Origin: Maccoyibacter intestinihominis | GTDB taxonomy: Bacteria; Bacillota; Clostridia; Lachnospirales; Lachnospiraceae | Length of the DNA stretch: 24,000 nt | Direction: 5' to 3' | Assembly (NCBI RefSeq): GCF_040096355.1 | Contig: NZ_JBBMEX010000002.1 | Coordinates: 272,483-296,482 of the forward strand | Shown here: in pieces, positions 15,953 through 24,000 of the stretch | Numbering within the stretch: position 1 is the stretch's first letter | Layout of the letters: every line of letters starts with the position of its first letter | Notes under the pieces: model-generated | The model's input: the letters and a program-made list of their open reading frames with translations, nothing else | The model's database searches: none | Told to the model about the DNA's origin: nothing | Program-made: the position numbers and the translations under genes

Positions 15953-17516
15953 TTTTATTTTTGCTTATCTGCGTCTTTCCAGAGATGATAAAGAAAAAAT
16001 GGAGGAAAGCAACAGCATTAAAAATCAAAGGCTTTTGATCCAGCATTTTGTAGAAAAACAGCCGGAATTTGCAGGGGCAAAGGTTTTCTTCTTTGTAGAT
16101 GATGGTTACAGCGGTACAACCTTTGACCGCCCGGAATTTAAGCGCATGATGGGGCTGATTACCAGGAGAAAACGGATCTGTATCATTGTCAAAGATTTGA
16201 GCCGCCTGGGAAGGGATACCATAGAAACACAAAACTATATCGAAAAAATATTTCCGTTCCTTGGGGTGCGTTTCATTTCAATCAATGATTTTTATGACAG
16301 CAGCCAGAAACCTTCCGAAAGAAAGGATACGGAGATTAAATTTAAGAACCTAATCAATGGGATTTATCCCCAGATTTGTTCCGACAATATCAAAAAAGTT
16401 ATGAGGAAACAGGCTGAAATGGGACAATATCATGGTTCAATCCCAACATACGGATATTGCTTCCATGACGGTGTTCATACAAAACTTCATCTGGATACGG
16501 AGGCAGCTTCCGTTGTAAGGGGGATTTTCGACCAAAGGTTGGAAGGAAAGACCTATGCAGACATTGCCAGGGACCTGAATAAAAAAGAAGTTGAAACACC
16601 TACCGTATATCTTCAAAGGAAAGGCTGGGCGCCGGAAGCAAAGAAATCTGTGAAATTCTGGGACGGAAATTTAGTAAAGCTGATTTTGTTTAATCCGGTT
16701 TATGCAGGACTGACGGTAAGAGGGAAAACAGAAACCAGGGTTCCGTCAAAAAGAGAGTACCGATATATTTCAAGAGAGGATTGGATTTGCGTAAAAGGAG
16801 GACACGAAGCGATTGTAACGGAGCAGGAGCTTCAGAAGGTCCAGGACATGGTACAGAAGGACAGAAAATATCATGGGTCTACACCGTCTTCTGAGAATAT
16901 TTTTGCAGGCCTGATCCGCTGCGGGCATTGTGGTCGGAAAATGCGGATACGGACAGAATACAAAGAAAAGCCGATTTATTGTAAAAGTGTTACGACAGCC
17001 CCCAATGCTTCCTGTTATCCAAAGAAATATAAGCAGAAAGAGTTGGAAGAACTGGTGCTAATTATGATAAGACAGCAGGCAGCCCTTGCAGAGGATACCA
17101 TAAAGCAGTTAAAGAAAGCCAATCAGACTTTGAATATTCCGAAACTCCGGTATCGGAAAAAGCAATATGAAAAGAAGCTGGCACTTTGCAAACAGGAGAA
17201 AATGGAACTATATGAACAATATGTAGAAGAACAGATTTCTTTGAAGGATTACCTGGCACGAAAACAAACCTATATGGAGAAAATAGCAGCTTATCAGCAA
17301 AAGATACAGGAGATAGAAGCAAAAATTTTAAAGGGGGAGGAGGAAAAACAAAAGGAGAAATCAGAGGGACTGCAACTTTTTGTAAAATATAAGGGATTGG
17401 AAGAGCTGTCTTATGAAGTTCTGCATGAGCTGATTGAAGTCATAAATTTTTATGATCCGGAACATATTGAAATTGTATGGAAATACAGGGACGAATTTCT
17501 GGAAGCAGTAGAATAA
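15942..17516 (+). CDS. Large serine recombinase 3
   Basis: RBS GGAAGGAGG precedes ATG 15942, which overlaps the recombinase 2 stop by 11 nt. The protein has YLRLSRDD...SIKNQR, IIVKDLSRLGRD and CGHCGRKM...YCKS. Confidence 0.9.
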   Translation: MQYDFIFAYLRLSRDDKEKMEESNSIKNQRLLIQHFVEKQPEFAGAKVFFFVDDGYSGTTFDRPEFKRMMGLITRRKRICIIVKDLSRLGRDTIETQNYIEKIFPFLGVRFISINDFYDSSQKPSERKDTEIKFKNLINGIYPQICSDNIKKVMRKQAEMGQYHGSIPTYGYCFHDGVHTKLHLDTEAASVVRGIFDQRLEGKTYADIARDLNKKEVETPTVYLQRKGWAPEAKKSVKFWDGNLVKLILFNPVYAGLTVRGKTETRVPSKREYRYISREDWICVKGGHEAIVTEQELQKVQDMVQKDRKYHGSTPSSENIFAGLIRCGHCGRKMRIRTEYKEKPIYCKSVTTAPNASCYPKKYKQKELEELVLIMIRQQAALAEDTIKQLKKANQTLNIPKLRYRKKQYEKKLALCKQEKMELYEQYVEEQISLKDYLARKQTYMEKIAAYQQKIQEIEAKILKGEEEKQKEKSEGLQLFVKYKGLEELSYEVLHELIEVINFYDPEHIEIVWKYRDEFLEAVE

Positions 17517-17572
17517 GAAAGAACCGGGAGAGCTTATTGTCCTGGATTCCGGTAGAGAAAAAGATTTCATAA

Positions 17573-17610
17573 AAGAGGAGGAAAACGCTGCGGTGTCTTC
17601 CTCTTCTTTG
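17573..17610 (+). terminator. Terminator-like hairpin after the recombinase operon
   Basis: AAGAGGAGGA (17573-17582) pairs with TCTTCCTCTT (17596-17605, one G-U pair), followed by CTTTG. The same hairpin recurs at 19831-19870. Confidence 0.5.
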
Positions 17611-17650
17611 TATTAGGAGAAAATTAGGCAAAGAAGATGGGGGAGGAGCC

Positions 17651-18121
17651 ATGTATCTTGAAACATATTCTATGGAAGAACTGATGGAGCTGATAGAAGA
17701 GAAAGGGTATTGCTCTGTGGAGGCAGTAGAAATCCTGAAAGAAATGGAACAGGCAAAAAAAGAGTATGATTTTTTACTCCGGGATTGTGAGGAAAAAGCG
17801 TGGAAAACAGACCAGGTGGTAGTTGATTATTACCGGCATCTCTTAGAAGAATTACGGAAATCGTTGCCCTATGATGCTATGGGAGGGCAGTACACAATTC
17901 CGATTTTGGTGTTACAGGAGTTCCGTAAACCGGACATTGTAGAAAAAATCAGGGATTTTATTGGTTGTCAGGCTGGATTTTCCGATCATGCTCTGTTACA
18001 GGAAATACAGAAATTTATGACCGTACATCTGGACCCGCAGGGAATTATCCTCTATATGGACGTATTGGGAAACCAGCCGGCGGCAAGGAATGTTTACAAA
18101 CAGGGAGGACAAATGTGGTAA
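17651..18121 (+). CDS. Hypothetical protein (156 aa), intact copy
   Basis: RBS GGAGG at 17643-17647 precedes ATG 17651. Its stop overlaps a GTG that starts only a 27-codon remnant of the 20202 gene. Confidence 0.6.
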   Translation: MYLETYSMEELMELIEEKGYCSVEAVEILKEMEQAKKEYDFLLRDCEEKAWKTDQVVVDYYRHLLEELRKSLPYDAMGGQYTIPILVLQEFRKPDIVEKIRDFIGCQAGFSDHALLQEIQKFMTVHLDPQGIILYMDVLGNQPAARNVYKQGGQMW

Positions 18122-18300
18122 AAGAAAGAGTATTGGCGGTTCTCGACATCATTATGAAAATAAGATATAGGAAGATTATTGAAAAAGTGGTACAATAAAA
18201 TATAAAGAAAAATAAGCATTAAAAGTAATATAAAAACCAAAGAAAATATGATAGGTTAATAATTTAACTTAGAAATAGAATACGAATGGAGATGTTTAAA

Positions 18301-18879
18301 ATGGGTACATTGATACGTGAAAATAAAAGGAAAATAGCACTTAGTCTTAATATGGGTTTGTTGTTAATGGGATGTTTAATGTTAACGATTGGTGCATATC
18401 CAGCCTTATATAGTGGTGGAGCAAATGAAACACGTTTATCAATAGGAGCAACATGTATTGCATTTTGGTTTATTAGTTTTCCTGCTTTATCGAGAGAAAC
18501 TAAAGAGAAAAAGATAGTTACAGTAAGCATCCATGCCATTACTGCATTTTCTGTTTTAATTATATTTTCTTGGGAGATACATTATATTCTTGTTAATTGG
18601 AAAAAAGGATCTCACTTGGGAGATATAGGATTTTGCATAGGGGGCATAATCGTGTGTTCCTATTTGTGTTATATACTTATCTCGTTCATTAAAACATTTT
18701 ATTTTTTAATACAGAAGGTAAGGAGATTACTGTTTCCTAATAGTACAAATCAAAATGTTTCCAGAATTGTACATCTGCTAGAAATGGCTTCTTCGTTAAT
18801 AGTATCTTTAACAGCTTTTATCGGAAGTCTAACAGCTGCTTGTGTAGCAGTGCAAACATTTTTGGAACATATTTACTAG
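18301..18879 (+). CDS. Integral membrane protein (about 5 TM helices), unknown function
   Basis: GGAG at 18288-18291 favours ATG 18301 over 18286. There are five hydrophobic segments, for example IALSLNMGLLLMGCLMLTIGA and IGFCIGGIIVCSYLCYILISFI. Confidence 0.65.
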   Translation: MGTLIRENKRKIALSLNMGLLLMGCLMLTIGAYPALYSGGANETRLSIGATCIAFWFISFPALSRETKEKKIVTVSIHAITAFSVLIIFSWEIHYILVNWKKGSHLGDIGFCIGGIIVCSYLCYILISFIKTFYFLIQKVRRLLFPNSTNQNVSRIVHLLEMASSLIVSLTAFIGSLTAACVAVQTFLEHIY

Positions 18880-18892
18880 GAGAGAAAAGAAA

Positions 18893-19798
18893 TTGGACAG
18901 ATTGGTTATTATAGGAAATGGTTTTGATCGGGCACACAATTTGCCCACTTCGTATTATGATTTTAAGGAGTATTTGAGAATATATGCTCGTGAATTTTAT
19001 GAAGCTATATGTAAATATATACCAGAAGAAGAATTGTGGTTTCAATTTGAAATGGCTTTAGGCGAATTAGATAAATATCAAGTGCAAGAAGAAAATGCTT
19101 CATATTATCTTGATTATGGTGACGAAAATTGGAAAGACAGTGCTAATCATGACTTTCAATTTATGGTTGAGCAGGATTTGGCATTTGCATCTTATATTCC
19201 ATATTATTTTAAGAAATGGATTGAGCAAATAGATACAAACGTTTTACCTTTGGTATCAAAGCGTATAATAAATAATACGTGTAAGATTCTAAATTTTAAT
19301 TATACGGATACATTAGAAAGAGCATATAAAGTACCTGCTGAGAATATTTTATACATTCATGGAAAAGCCCTGAGCAGTAAGAAACTTGTAGTGGGACATC
19401 ATGATATTTCTACTTTTCAGTACGGAGCTGTTTCTCCATTTAATGCAGCGGAAGAACATGGAATATATATACAAGATGATGATGAAGATTTTAGAATAAC
19501 TGAAACAAAAGAAATCATTAAAGCCTATTTTCAAAAGACATATAAAGATACGTTTGGTATTATACAAATGAATCAAAATTTTTTTGACTCTCTTATAAAT
19601 ATAAATGAAATATTTATATTAGGTCATTCGTTATCTTCTGTAGATATGGATTATTTTGTTGAGATTAGAAAGAGAGTATTACATTCGTGTAAATGGTATA
19701 TTTCATATTTCTCAGAAAGTGATTTAGATAATATGGAATATTTTGCAAAAAGGTTAGATATTAAAAATTTTCAGCCGGTAATGCTAAGTAATTTATAA
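18893..19798 (+). CDS. AbiH-like abortive-infection family protein
   Basis: A TTG start lies 13 nt after the upstream stop, with AGGAG at 18878-18882. The N-terminal LVIIGNGFDRAHNLPTSYYDF, then NFNYTDTLE, LYIHGK and IFILGHSLSSVDMDYF, match my recollection of AbiH (PF14253) hallmarks. Confidence 0.7.
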   Translation: MDRLVIIGNGFDRAHNLPTSYYDFKEYLRIYAREFYEAICKYIPEEELWFQFEMALGELDKYQVQEENASYYLDYGDENWKDSANHDFQFMVEQDLAFASYIPYYFKKWIEQIDTNVLPLVSKRIINNTCKILNFNYTDTLERAYKVPAENILYIHGKALSSKKLVVGHHDISTFQYGAVSPFNAAEEHGIYIQDDDEDFRITETKEIIKAYFQKTYKDTFGIIQMNQNFFDSLININEIFILGHSLSSVDMDYFVEIRKRVLHSCKWYISYFSESDLDNMEYFAKRLDIKNFQPVMLSNL

Positions 19799-19830
19799 TA
19801 CGATTATACAGTCAGAAAAGACTAATAAAA

Positions 19831-19870
19831 GAAGAGGAAAACGCTGCGGTGCCTTCCTCTTCTTTTATTT
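19831..19870 (+). terminator. Rho-independent terminator after the AbiH-like gene
   Basis: GAAGAGGAA (19831-19839) pairs with TTCCTCTTC (19854-19862), followed by TTTTATTT. Confidence 0.6.
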
Positions 19871-19908
19871 AGAAGAAAATTTAGAAAAGAAGGAAGGGGA
19901 GAAGAGCC

Positions 19909-20190
19909 ATGTATCTTGAAACATATTTTACGGAAAGACTATGAAAAAAGCTAGCATATAATGCTATGGGAGGTCAGCACACGATTCCGATTCTGGTGTT
20001 ACAAGAGTTCCGTAAACGGGATATTGTAGAAAAAATCAGGAATTTTATTGGCTGCCAGGCTGGGTTTTCTGATCATGATCTGTTACAGGAAATACAGAAA
20101 TTTATTACCGTACATCTGGACTCGCAGGGAATTATCCTCTATATGGACGTACTGGGGAATTTGCCGCGTGCAAGAAATAGTTACAAGTAA
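19909..20190 (+). pseudogene. Internally deleted copy of the 17651 gene
   Basis: The ATG and first 19 nt are conserved, but the frame stops after 11 codons (MYLETYFTERL). The 3' part (MGGQHTIPILVLQEFRK...) is homologous to residues ~77-150 of the intact copy. Confidence 0.7.
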
Positions 20191-20201
20191 GGAGGACAAA
20201 T

Positions 20202-20948
20202 GTGGTAAAAGAAAGAGTATTAGCAGTTCCAGATACAAGCATTTTTATTGCGGAGTTGCCGGAAGCAACCAGAAATATCATACGGAAAGATTTAGAGGAA
20301 CATGCAAGGGAACATCATTACCGGCTGGAATGGGACCGGGAAAGTAAAGATTATGTGGCAATGAGCCGGAGATTTTGCGATATGGAAAACATTTATACGG
20401 ATACATATCTGCATTTCTGCGAGACAGGGGAAGATATAGAACCCTATGAAAAAAGCCTGAAGCGGACTATTTCTATCAGGTTGTATCAAGATGAGGTAGA
20501 AGAGCTCTGTAGGAAGTCTGGAAAAGTTGGGCTATCAATCGGTGAACTATTTGAAAACTTTGTTGCAGATTTGATTTGTGGTACACATACCAATGGTTCT
20601 GATGAACGCATGTATATTGAGCAATGGTTTGACCGGTGCTATTTCAGTATTATGCCAGAGGAAACATTTTTATCTTATCTGCTTGAAATGCGGGAGATAG
20701 ACAGTGTTTTGGAATGCTGGGAAATCTTGCAGGAGTTGAAGGAGCTGGAAGAGCCGGATTGTTATGATAAAGAGGAACTGGAGATACAGCAGAACACTTT
20801 GGAAGACTATTTTCAGGAATATAGAACCTATACAAGAGAAACGACAGAAGACCAGTTGGAAGCTGCTATGGAAAAGGTGCTGGAATGGAATAAAGAAAGA
20901 GAGTATTTGTTGGAGGGAAATGTCCCAGATAAGTCTTTGGGACGGTAG
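20202..20948 (+). CDS. Hypothetical protein (248 aa)
   Basis: RBS AAGGAGGA at 20188-20195 precedes GTG 20202. I recognise no motif. Its first 9 codons are duplicated at 18115. Confidence 0.6.
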   Translation: MVKERVLAVPDTSIFIAELPEATRNIIRKDLEEHAREHHYRLEWDRESKDYVAMSRRFCDMENIYTDTYLHFCETGEDIEPYEKSLKRTISIRLYQDEVEELCRKSGKVGLSIGELFENFVADLICGTHTNGSDERMYIEQWFDRCYFSIMPEETFLSYLLEMREIDSVLECWEILQELKELEEPDCYDKEELEIQQNTLEDYFQEYRTYTRETTEDQLEAAMEKVLEWNKEREYLLEGNVPDKSLGR

Positions 20949-20973
20949 CCGGATTGGAGAAAGGAAGAAAACA

Positions 20974-21495
20974 GTGATAAGTAATGCGGAAAGAATTGTG
21001 TTAAGAAATATGTACCCACCGGGGTGTCGGGTAGAGTTGGAAGATATGGAAGCTGATCCGTATGTAAAACTGAGTCCCGGTGATTTAGGAACCGTACAGT
21101 TTGTAGATGATGCCGGACAGATTCATGTATCTTGGGATTGCGGACACAGCCTTGCTATGGTATTTGGTGTTGATCATTGCAGATGTATTATGAGAGAGGA
21201 ACGTTTGCAGGAGCTATTACAAAGAGTACAGGCTATGCCATTTGAGAGTTTGGAAAAAATGGAACTGTATATTAGGGAAAAATTATCCGGGGCTTTCCCT
21301 AAAATCAGTTTTCAGGAGAAAGAAGGGCAGGAGGCTTTTGTAGATATGGGAGTTGCTGCATTTATGAAAAAAGGTCTTGGTGTGGCAATTCAATATGAAA
21401 CTGACAGCCAGCAGCACATCTTTATAAAAAAGATGGAAATGCAGGGACAGGAGTTGGAAAGGAAAAATCCTTTTCCAGTACAGAAGAAGCGATAA
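20974..21495 (+). CDS. Hypothetical protein with a DUF4314-like N-terminal domain
   Basis: YPPGCRVELEDMEADPYVKLSPGDLGTVQFVDDAGQIHVSWDCGHSLAMVFGVD resembles my recollection of DUF4314 from clostridial mobile elements. The start is uncertain: GTG 20974 follows AAAGGAAG, while ATG 20920 would overlap the upstream gene. Confidence 0.5.
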   Translation: MISNAERIVLRNMYPPGCRVELEDMEADPYVKLSPGDLGTVQFVDDAGQIHVSWDCGHSLAMVFGVDHCRCIMREERLQELLQRVQAMPFESLEKMELYIREKLSGAFPKISFQEKEGQEAFVDMGVAAFMKKGLGVAIQYETDSQQHIFIKKMEMQGQELERKNPFPVQKKR

Positions 21496-21556
21496 GAATG
21501 GTTTCTTTTAATTGCAAAAATCGACAATTTTTTTTGGATATAACTTGACAGGATAG

Positions 21557-22126
21557 GGAAAATCCACCTTATTGAATATTATAGGAGGAATTGAAACAGC
21601 CGATGAGGGCAGCATCATCATTGATGGCGAGACCGTAGAGAACATGAATGACAAGCAGCTTTCCCTGTACAGAAGAAAGCACTTAGGATATGTGTTCCAG
21701 TCCTACAATCTGATTCCGAATCTGACGGTAAAAGAAAATATTGAAACGGGTGCGTACTTAAGCAATGATCCACTGCCGTTGGATGATATGTTAAAAACAC
21801 TCGGACTCTGGGAGCATAAGGACAAAATCCCAAACCAGCTTTCCGGAGGACAGCAGCAGAGAACAGCCATCGGAAGGGCGATCATCAAAAATCCGGACAT
21901 ACTGCTCTGTGATGAGCCAACCGGAGCTTTGGACTATAAGACCTCGAAAGAGATTTTAAAACTCATTGAGACCGTAAATCAGAAATTTGGAAATACCGTC
22001 ATCTTAGTCACACATAATGATGCGATCCGCCATATGGCAGATCAGGTCATAAAGCTGCATGACGGACAGATCCGCCACAATGATAAGAATGAGCAGAAGA
22101 TTCCTGCCGTAGATTTAGACTGGTAA
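21557..22126 (+). pseudogene. 5'-truncated MacB/FtsE-type ABC ATPase
   Basis: In frame, the sequence reads TAG (21554-21556) then GKSTLLNIIGG, so it starts in the middle of Walker A (GxxGxGKST). The Q-loop FQSYNL, signature LSGGQQQR, Walker B ILLCDEPTGALD and H-loop VTHN are intact. There is no RBS or plausible start. Confidence 0.75.
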
Positions 22127-22138
22127 GGAGGGAGCTGT

Positions 22139-24000
22139 ATGAAAAATCCATTACATAAAAGATATCTGCGGGAGTTAAAGCAGGATGCCGGAAAATATCT
22201 GGTACTGTTTTTGTTCCTGACACTGACGATTGGATTTGTATCGGGATTTCAGGTTGCTGACAGCAGTATGACCAAGGCATATGATGAGAGTTTTGAAAAA
22301 TATAAAATAGAAGACGGACATTTTACACTTGCAGTCAAAGCAGATAAGGAATTAAAGAGTAAATTAAAAAAAGAACATCTGAAACTGAGTGAAATCTTTT
22401 ATAAAGATGTAGAGCGTAAAAACGAACATTCCGTGCGTATTTATACCCAAAATGACGATGTCAATAAAATCTGCGTCATGGATGGAAAATTCCCAGAGAA
22501 TAAAGATGAGATCATCATAGACAGGCTTTATGCGGAAAATAATGGGATCGCTATCGGAGACAAGTTTGATGTTGACGGGAAAAAGTTTACGGTCAGCGGA
22601 GTGGCAGCATTTTCTAACTACAGTGCGTTGTTTAAAAACAATACGGATATGATGTTTGATGCTAACAAGTTTACCGTTGCCATGGTAACGAAAAAGGGCT
22701 TTGAGAGGTTTTCTGATGATGAACTGCATTATTGCTATGCATACCGCTGGAATTACCGCGGATATTCGGAGCAGAAAGCATCGGATAAGTCAGACGATGT
22801 CAAAGACATTTTAAAGGAGACCGGCTTACTGACCGATTTTGTCAAGGCAAGTGATAATCAGGCGATCACCTTTACCGGTGAGGACATGGGCGGCGATTTG
22901 GTCATGATCATTACCCTGCTCTATATCGTGATGGTCGTTCTGGCATTTGTCTTTGCCGTAACGACACGCAGTACGATAGAAAAAGAAGCATCAACCATAG
23001 GAACCCTGCGGGCACTCGGCTACACACGGGGTGAACTGATCCGGCATTATCTGACCCTGCCGATCCGGGTTACGCTGATCTCAGCAGTTATCGGAAACAT
23101 TTTAGGATATACCTGTATGAAAGATGTGGTCGTAGATATTTATTATCACAGCTATTCACTTCCGACTTACGAGACGATCTGGAATACGGAAGCCTTCTGG
23201 CTGACGACCGTAGTTCCATGCCTGATCGTATTTGCGATCGTGCTGTTGATCTTAGTTTCCATGATGCATCTGCCACCGTTGCAGTTTTTACGTCACGAGC
23301 TGCGGAAAAAGAAAAAGAAAGGCGTGATACATCTGCCGGAGTTTAAATTTTTTACACGTTTCCGGCTGCGTATCGTATTCCAGAATATTTCAGCATACCT
23401 GCCCCTGTTTTTAGGTGTATTTTTTGCAAGTTTCCTGCTGTTCTTTGGCATGATGATGTCACCACTGTTACAGAACTTTAAAACAGAAGTCATCCATTCA
23501 GAAATTGCAAAGTATCAGTACATTTTAAAGGCACCTGTTCAGACAGAGACAAAGGGTGCGGAAAAATATGCAGTGATGTCCTTACAGACAGAGCGGGGCG
23601 AAGAGATCACGGTCTATGGTGTGGAAGAGGATTCTACCTATTTGAAGGATGCCAAGATCCCTTCCGGAAAAAATAAAGTGCTTCTTTCCGATGGATTTTT
23701 AGAAAAATATGGTCTGAAAGAGGGAGGAAAAGTAACCTTAGAAAAGAAATATGAGGATGATTCCTACACCTTTACCGTCAGTGGTACATATGATTATCCG
23801 GCGACCTTGTCGGTATTTATGAGTATGGAGAATTTTAACCGTATCTTCGATTATGATGAGGATTATTTTAACGGATATTTTACAGATAAAAAAATAAAGG
23901 ATATTGACAGCAGCATGGTTGCATCCATTATCACACAGGATGACCTGACCGTCATTGCGGACCAGTTAGAGGATTCCATGGGCGACATGATGTGGCTGAT
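22139..24000 (+). CDS. FtsX/MacB-type ABC permease, 3' end outside the window
   Basis: RBS AAGGAGGG precedes ATG 22139, and the frame is open to the window end. The N-terminal TM helix (LVLFLFLTLTIGFVSGF) is followed by an extracytoplasmic domain, then an FtsX-like TM bundle (TIGTLRALGYTRGEL). Confidence 0.8.
   Translation, partial: MKNPLHKRYLRELKQDAGKYLVLFLFLTLTIGFVSGFQVADSSMTKAYDESFEKYKIEDGHFTLAVKADKELKSKLKKEHLKLSEIFYKDVERKNEHSVRIYTQNDDVNKICVMDGKFPENKDEIIIDRLYAENNGIAIGDKFDVDGKKFTVSGVAAFSNYSALFKNNTDMMFDANKFTVAMVTKKGFERFSDDELHYCYAYRWNYRGYSEQKASDKSDDVKDILKETGLLTDFVKASDNQAITFTGEDMGGDLVMIITLLYIVMVVLAFVFAVTTRSTIEKEASTIGTLRALGYTRGELIRHYLTLPIRVTLISAVIGNILGYTCMKDVVVDIYYHSYSLPTYETIWNTEAFWLTTVVPCLIVFAIVLLILVSMMHLPPLQFLRHELRKKKKKGVIHLPEFKFFTRFRLRIVFQNISAYLPLFLGVFFASFLLFFGMMMSPLLQNFKTEVIHSEIAKYQYILKAPVQTETKGAEKYAVMSLQTERGEEITVYGVEEDSTYLKDAKIPSGKNKVLLSDGFLEKYGLKEGGKVTLEKKYEDDSYTFTVSGTYDYPATLSVFMSMENFNRIFDYDEDYFNGYFTDKKIKDIDSSMVASIITQDDLTVIADQLEDSMGDMMWL

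Larger units (their letters stand above)
17556..18143 (+). repeat. Copy A of a diverged direct duplication
   Basis: It aligns by eye with 19811-20230: the same terminator hairpin, the same ATGTATCTTGAAACATATT gene start, the same 3' half of the gene, and the first ~9 codons of the next gene. Confidence 0.8.
18144..19810 (+). mobile_element. AT-rich two-gene cargo cassette between the duplicated segments
   Basis: Composition drops abruptly at about 18144 and recovers at about 19811. Homology between copies A and B ends and begins at these points. Confidence 0.5.
19811..20230 (+). repeat. Copy B of the diverged direct duplication (with an internal deletion)
   Basis: It is roughly 85-90 percent identical by eye to copy A over the shared parts. 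About 170 nt of the gene's interior is missing relative to copy A. Confidence 0.8.
8655..21556 (+). mobile_element. Putative integrative element (serine-recombinase type); left boundary uncertain
   Basis: This block is GC-richer than both flanks. It carries regulators plus three large serine recombinases, and its right edge coincides with an ABC ATPase gene cut inside Walker A. The left edge rests only on the compositional shift and a weak repeat. Confidence 0.35.

Noticed and set aside
17965-18198. 77-aa + strand ORF overlapping the end of the 17651 gene
   Set aside because: Only its last 27 codons are meaningful, as the truncated duplicate start of the 20202 gene fused to cassette sequence. 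It is not an independent gene.
20048-20347. 99-aa + strand ORF, and the upstream part (20764-20919) of the 243-aa ORF
   Set aside because: These are alternative frames overlapping better-supported genes, with Trp/Arg/Lys-rich implausible sequence and no RBS.
23293-23493. 66-aa and 62-aa minus-strand ORFs near the window end
   Set aside because: They lie inside the FtsX-type permease reading frame, which is open and motif-supported from 22139 to the window edge.

Overview
All convincing genes are on the + strand, and by eye the window is a compositional mosaic typical of an accessory region in a low-GC Gram-positive (Clostridia-like) genome. (i) 1-7006 is AT-rich. It holds a VanS-type histidine kinase cut by the window edge, an ABC-2 ATPase/permease pair, and a compact RiPP-type cluster: radical SAM/SPASM maturase, a 66-aa six-Cys precursor, a stem-loop, and an ABC exporter with no peptidase domain. 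(ii) 7007-8650 holds an inverted-repeat-bounded noncoding segment, a receiverless OmpR-type winged-helix protein and a very acidic hypothetical protein. (iii) About 8650-21556 is visibly GC-richer and looks like an integrative element. It starts with a near-consensus promoter, a ~250-nt structured leader RNA and an intrinsic terminator ahead of a two-gene operon. Then come XRE and receiverless Spo0A-C-like regulators, a 630-bp hairpin-rich noncoding stretch, a resolvase-like protein lacking the catalytic serine, and three tandem overlapping large serine recombinases. It ends with a ~0.4-0.6 kb diverged duplication bracketing an AT-rich cassette (5-TM protein + AbiH-like protein). (iv) At 21557 an ABC ATPase gene begins in the middle of its Walker A motif, which looks like an insertion junction. 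It is followed by an FtsX-type permease running off the window. No rRNA, tRNA or CRISPR array was seen. The best candidates for something undescribed are the rSAM/Cys-rich peptide cluster, the structured leader RNA, the membrane-protein/AbiH cassette and the dead-resolvase plus triple-recombinase module. All family assignments come from motif recognition by eye and need HMM or BLAST confirmation.
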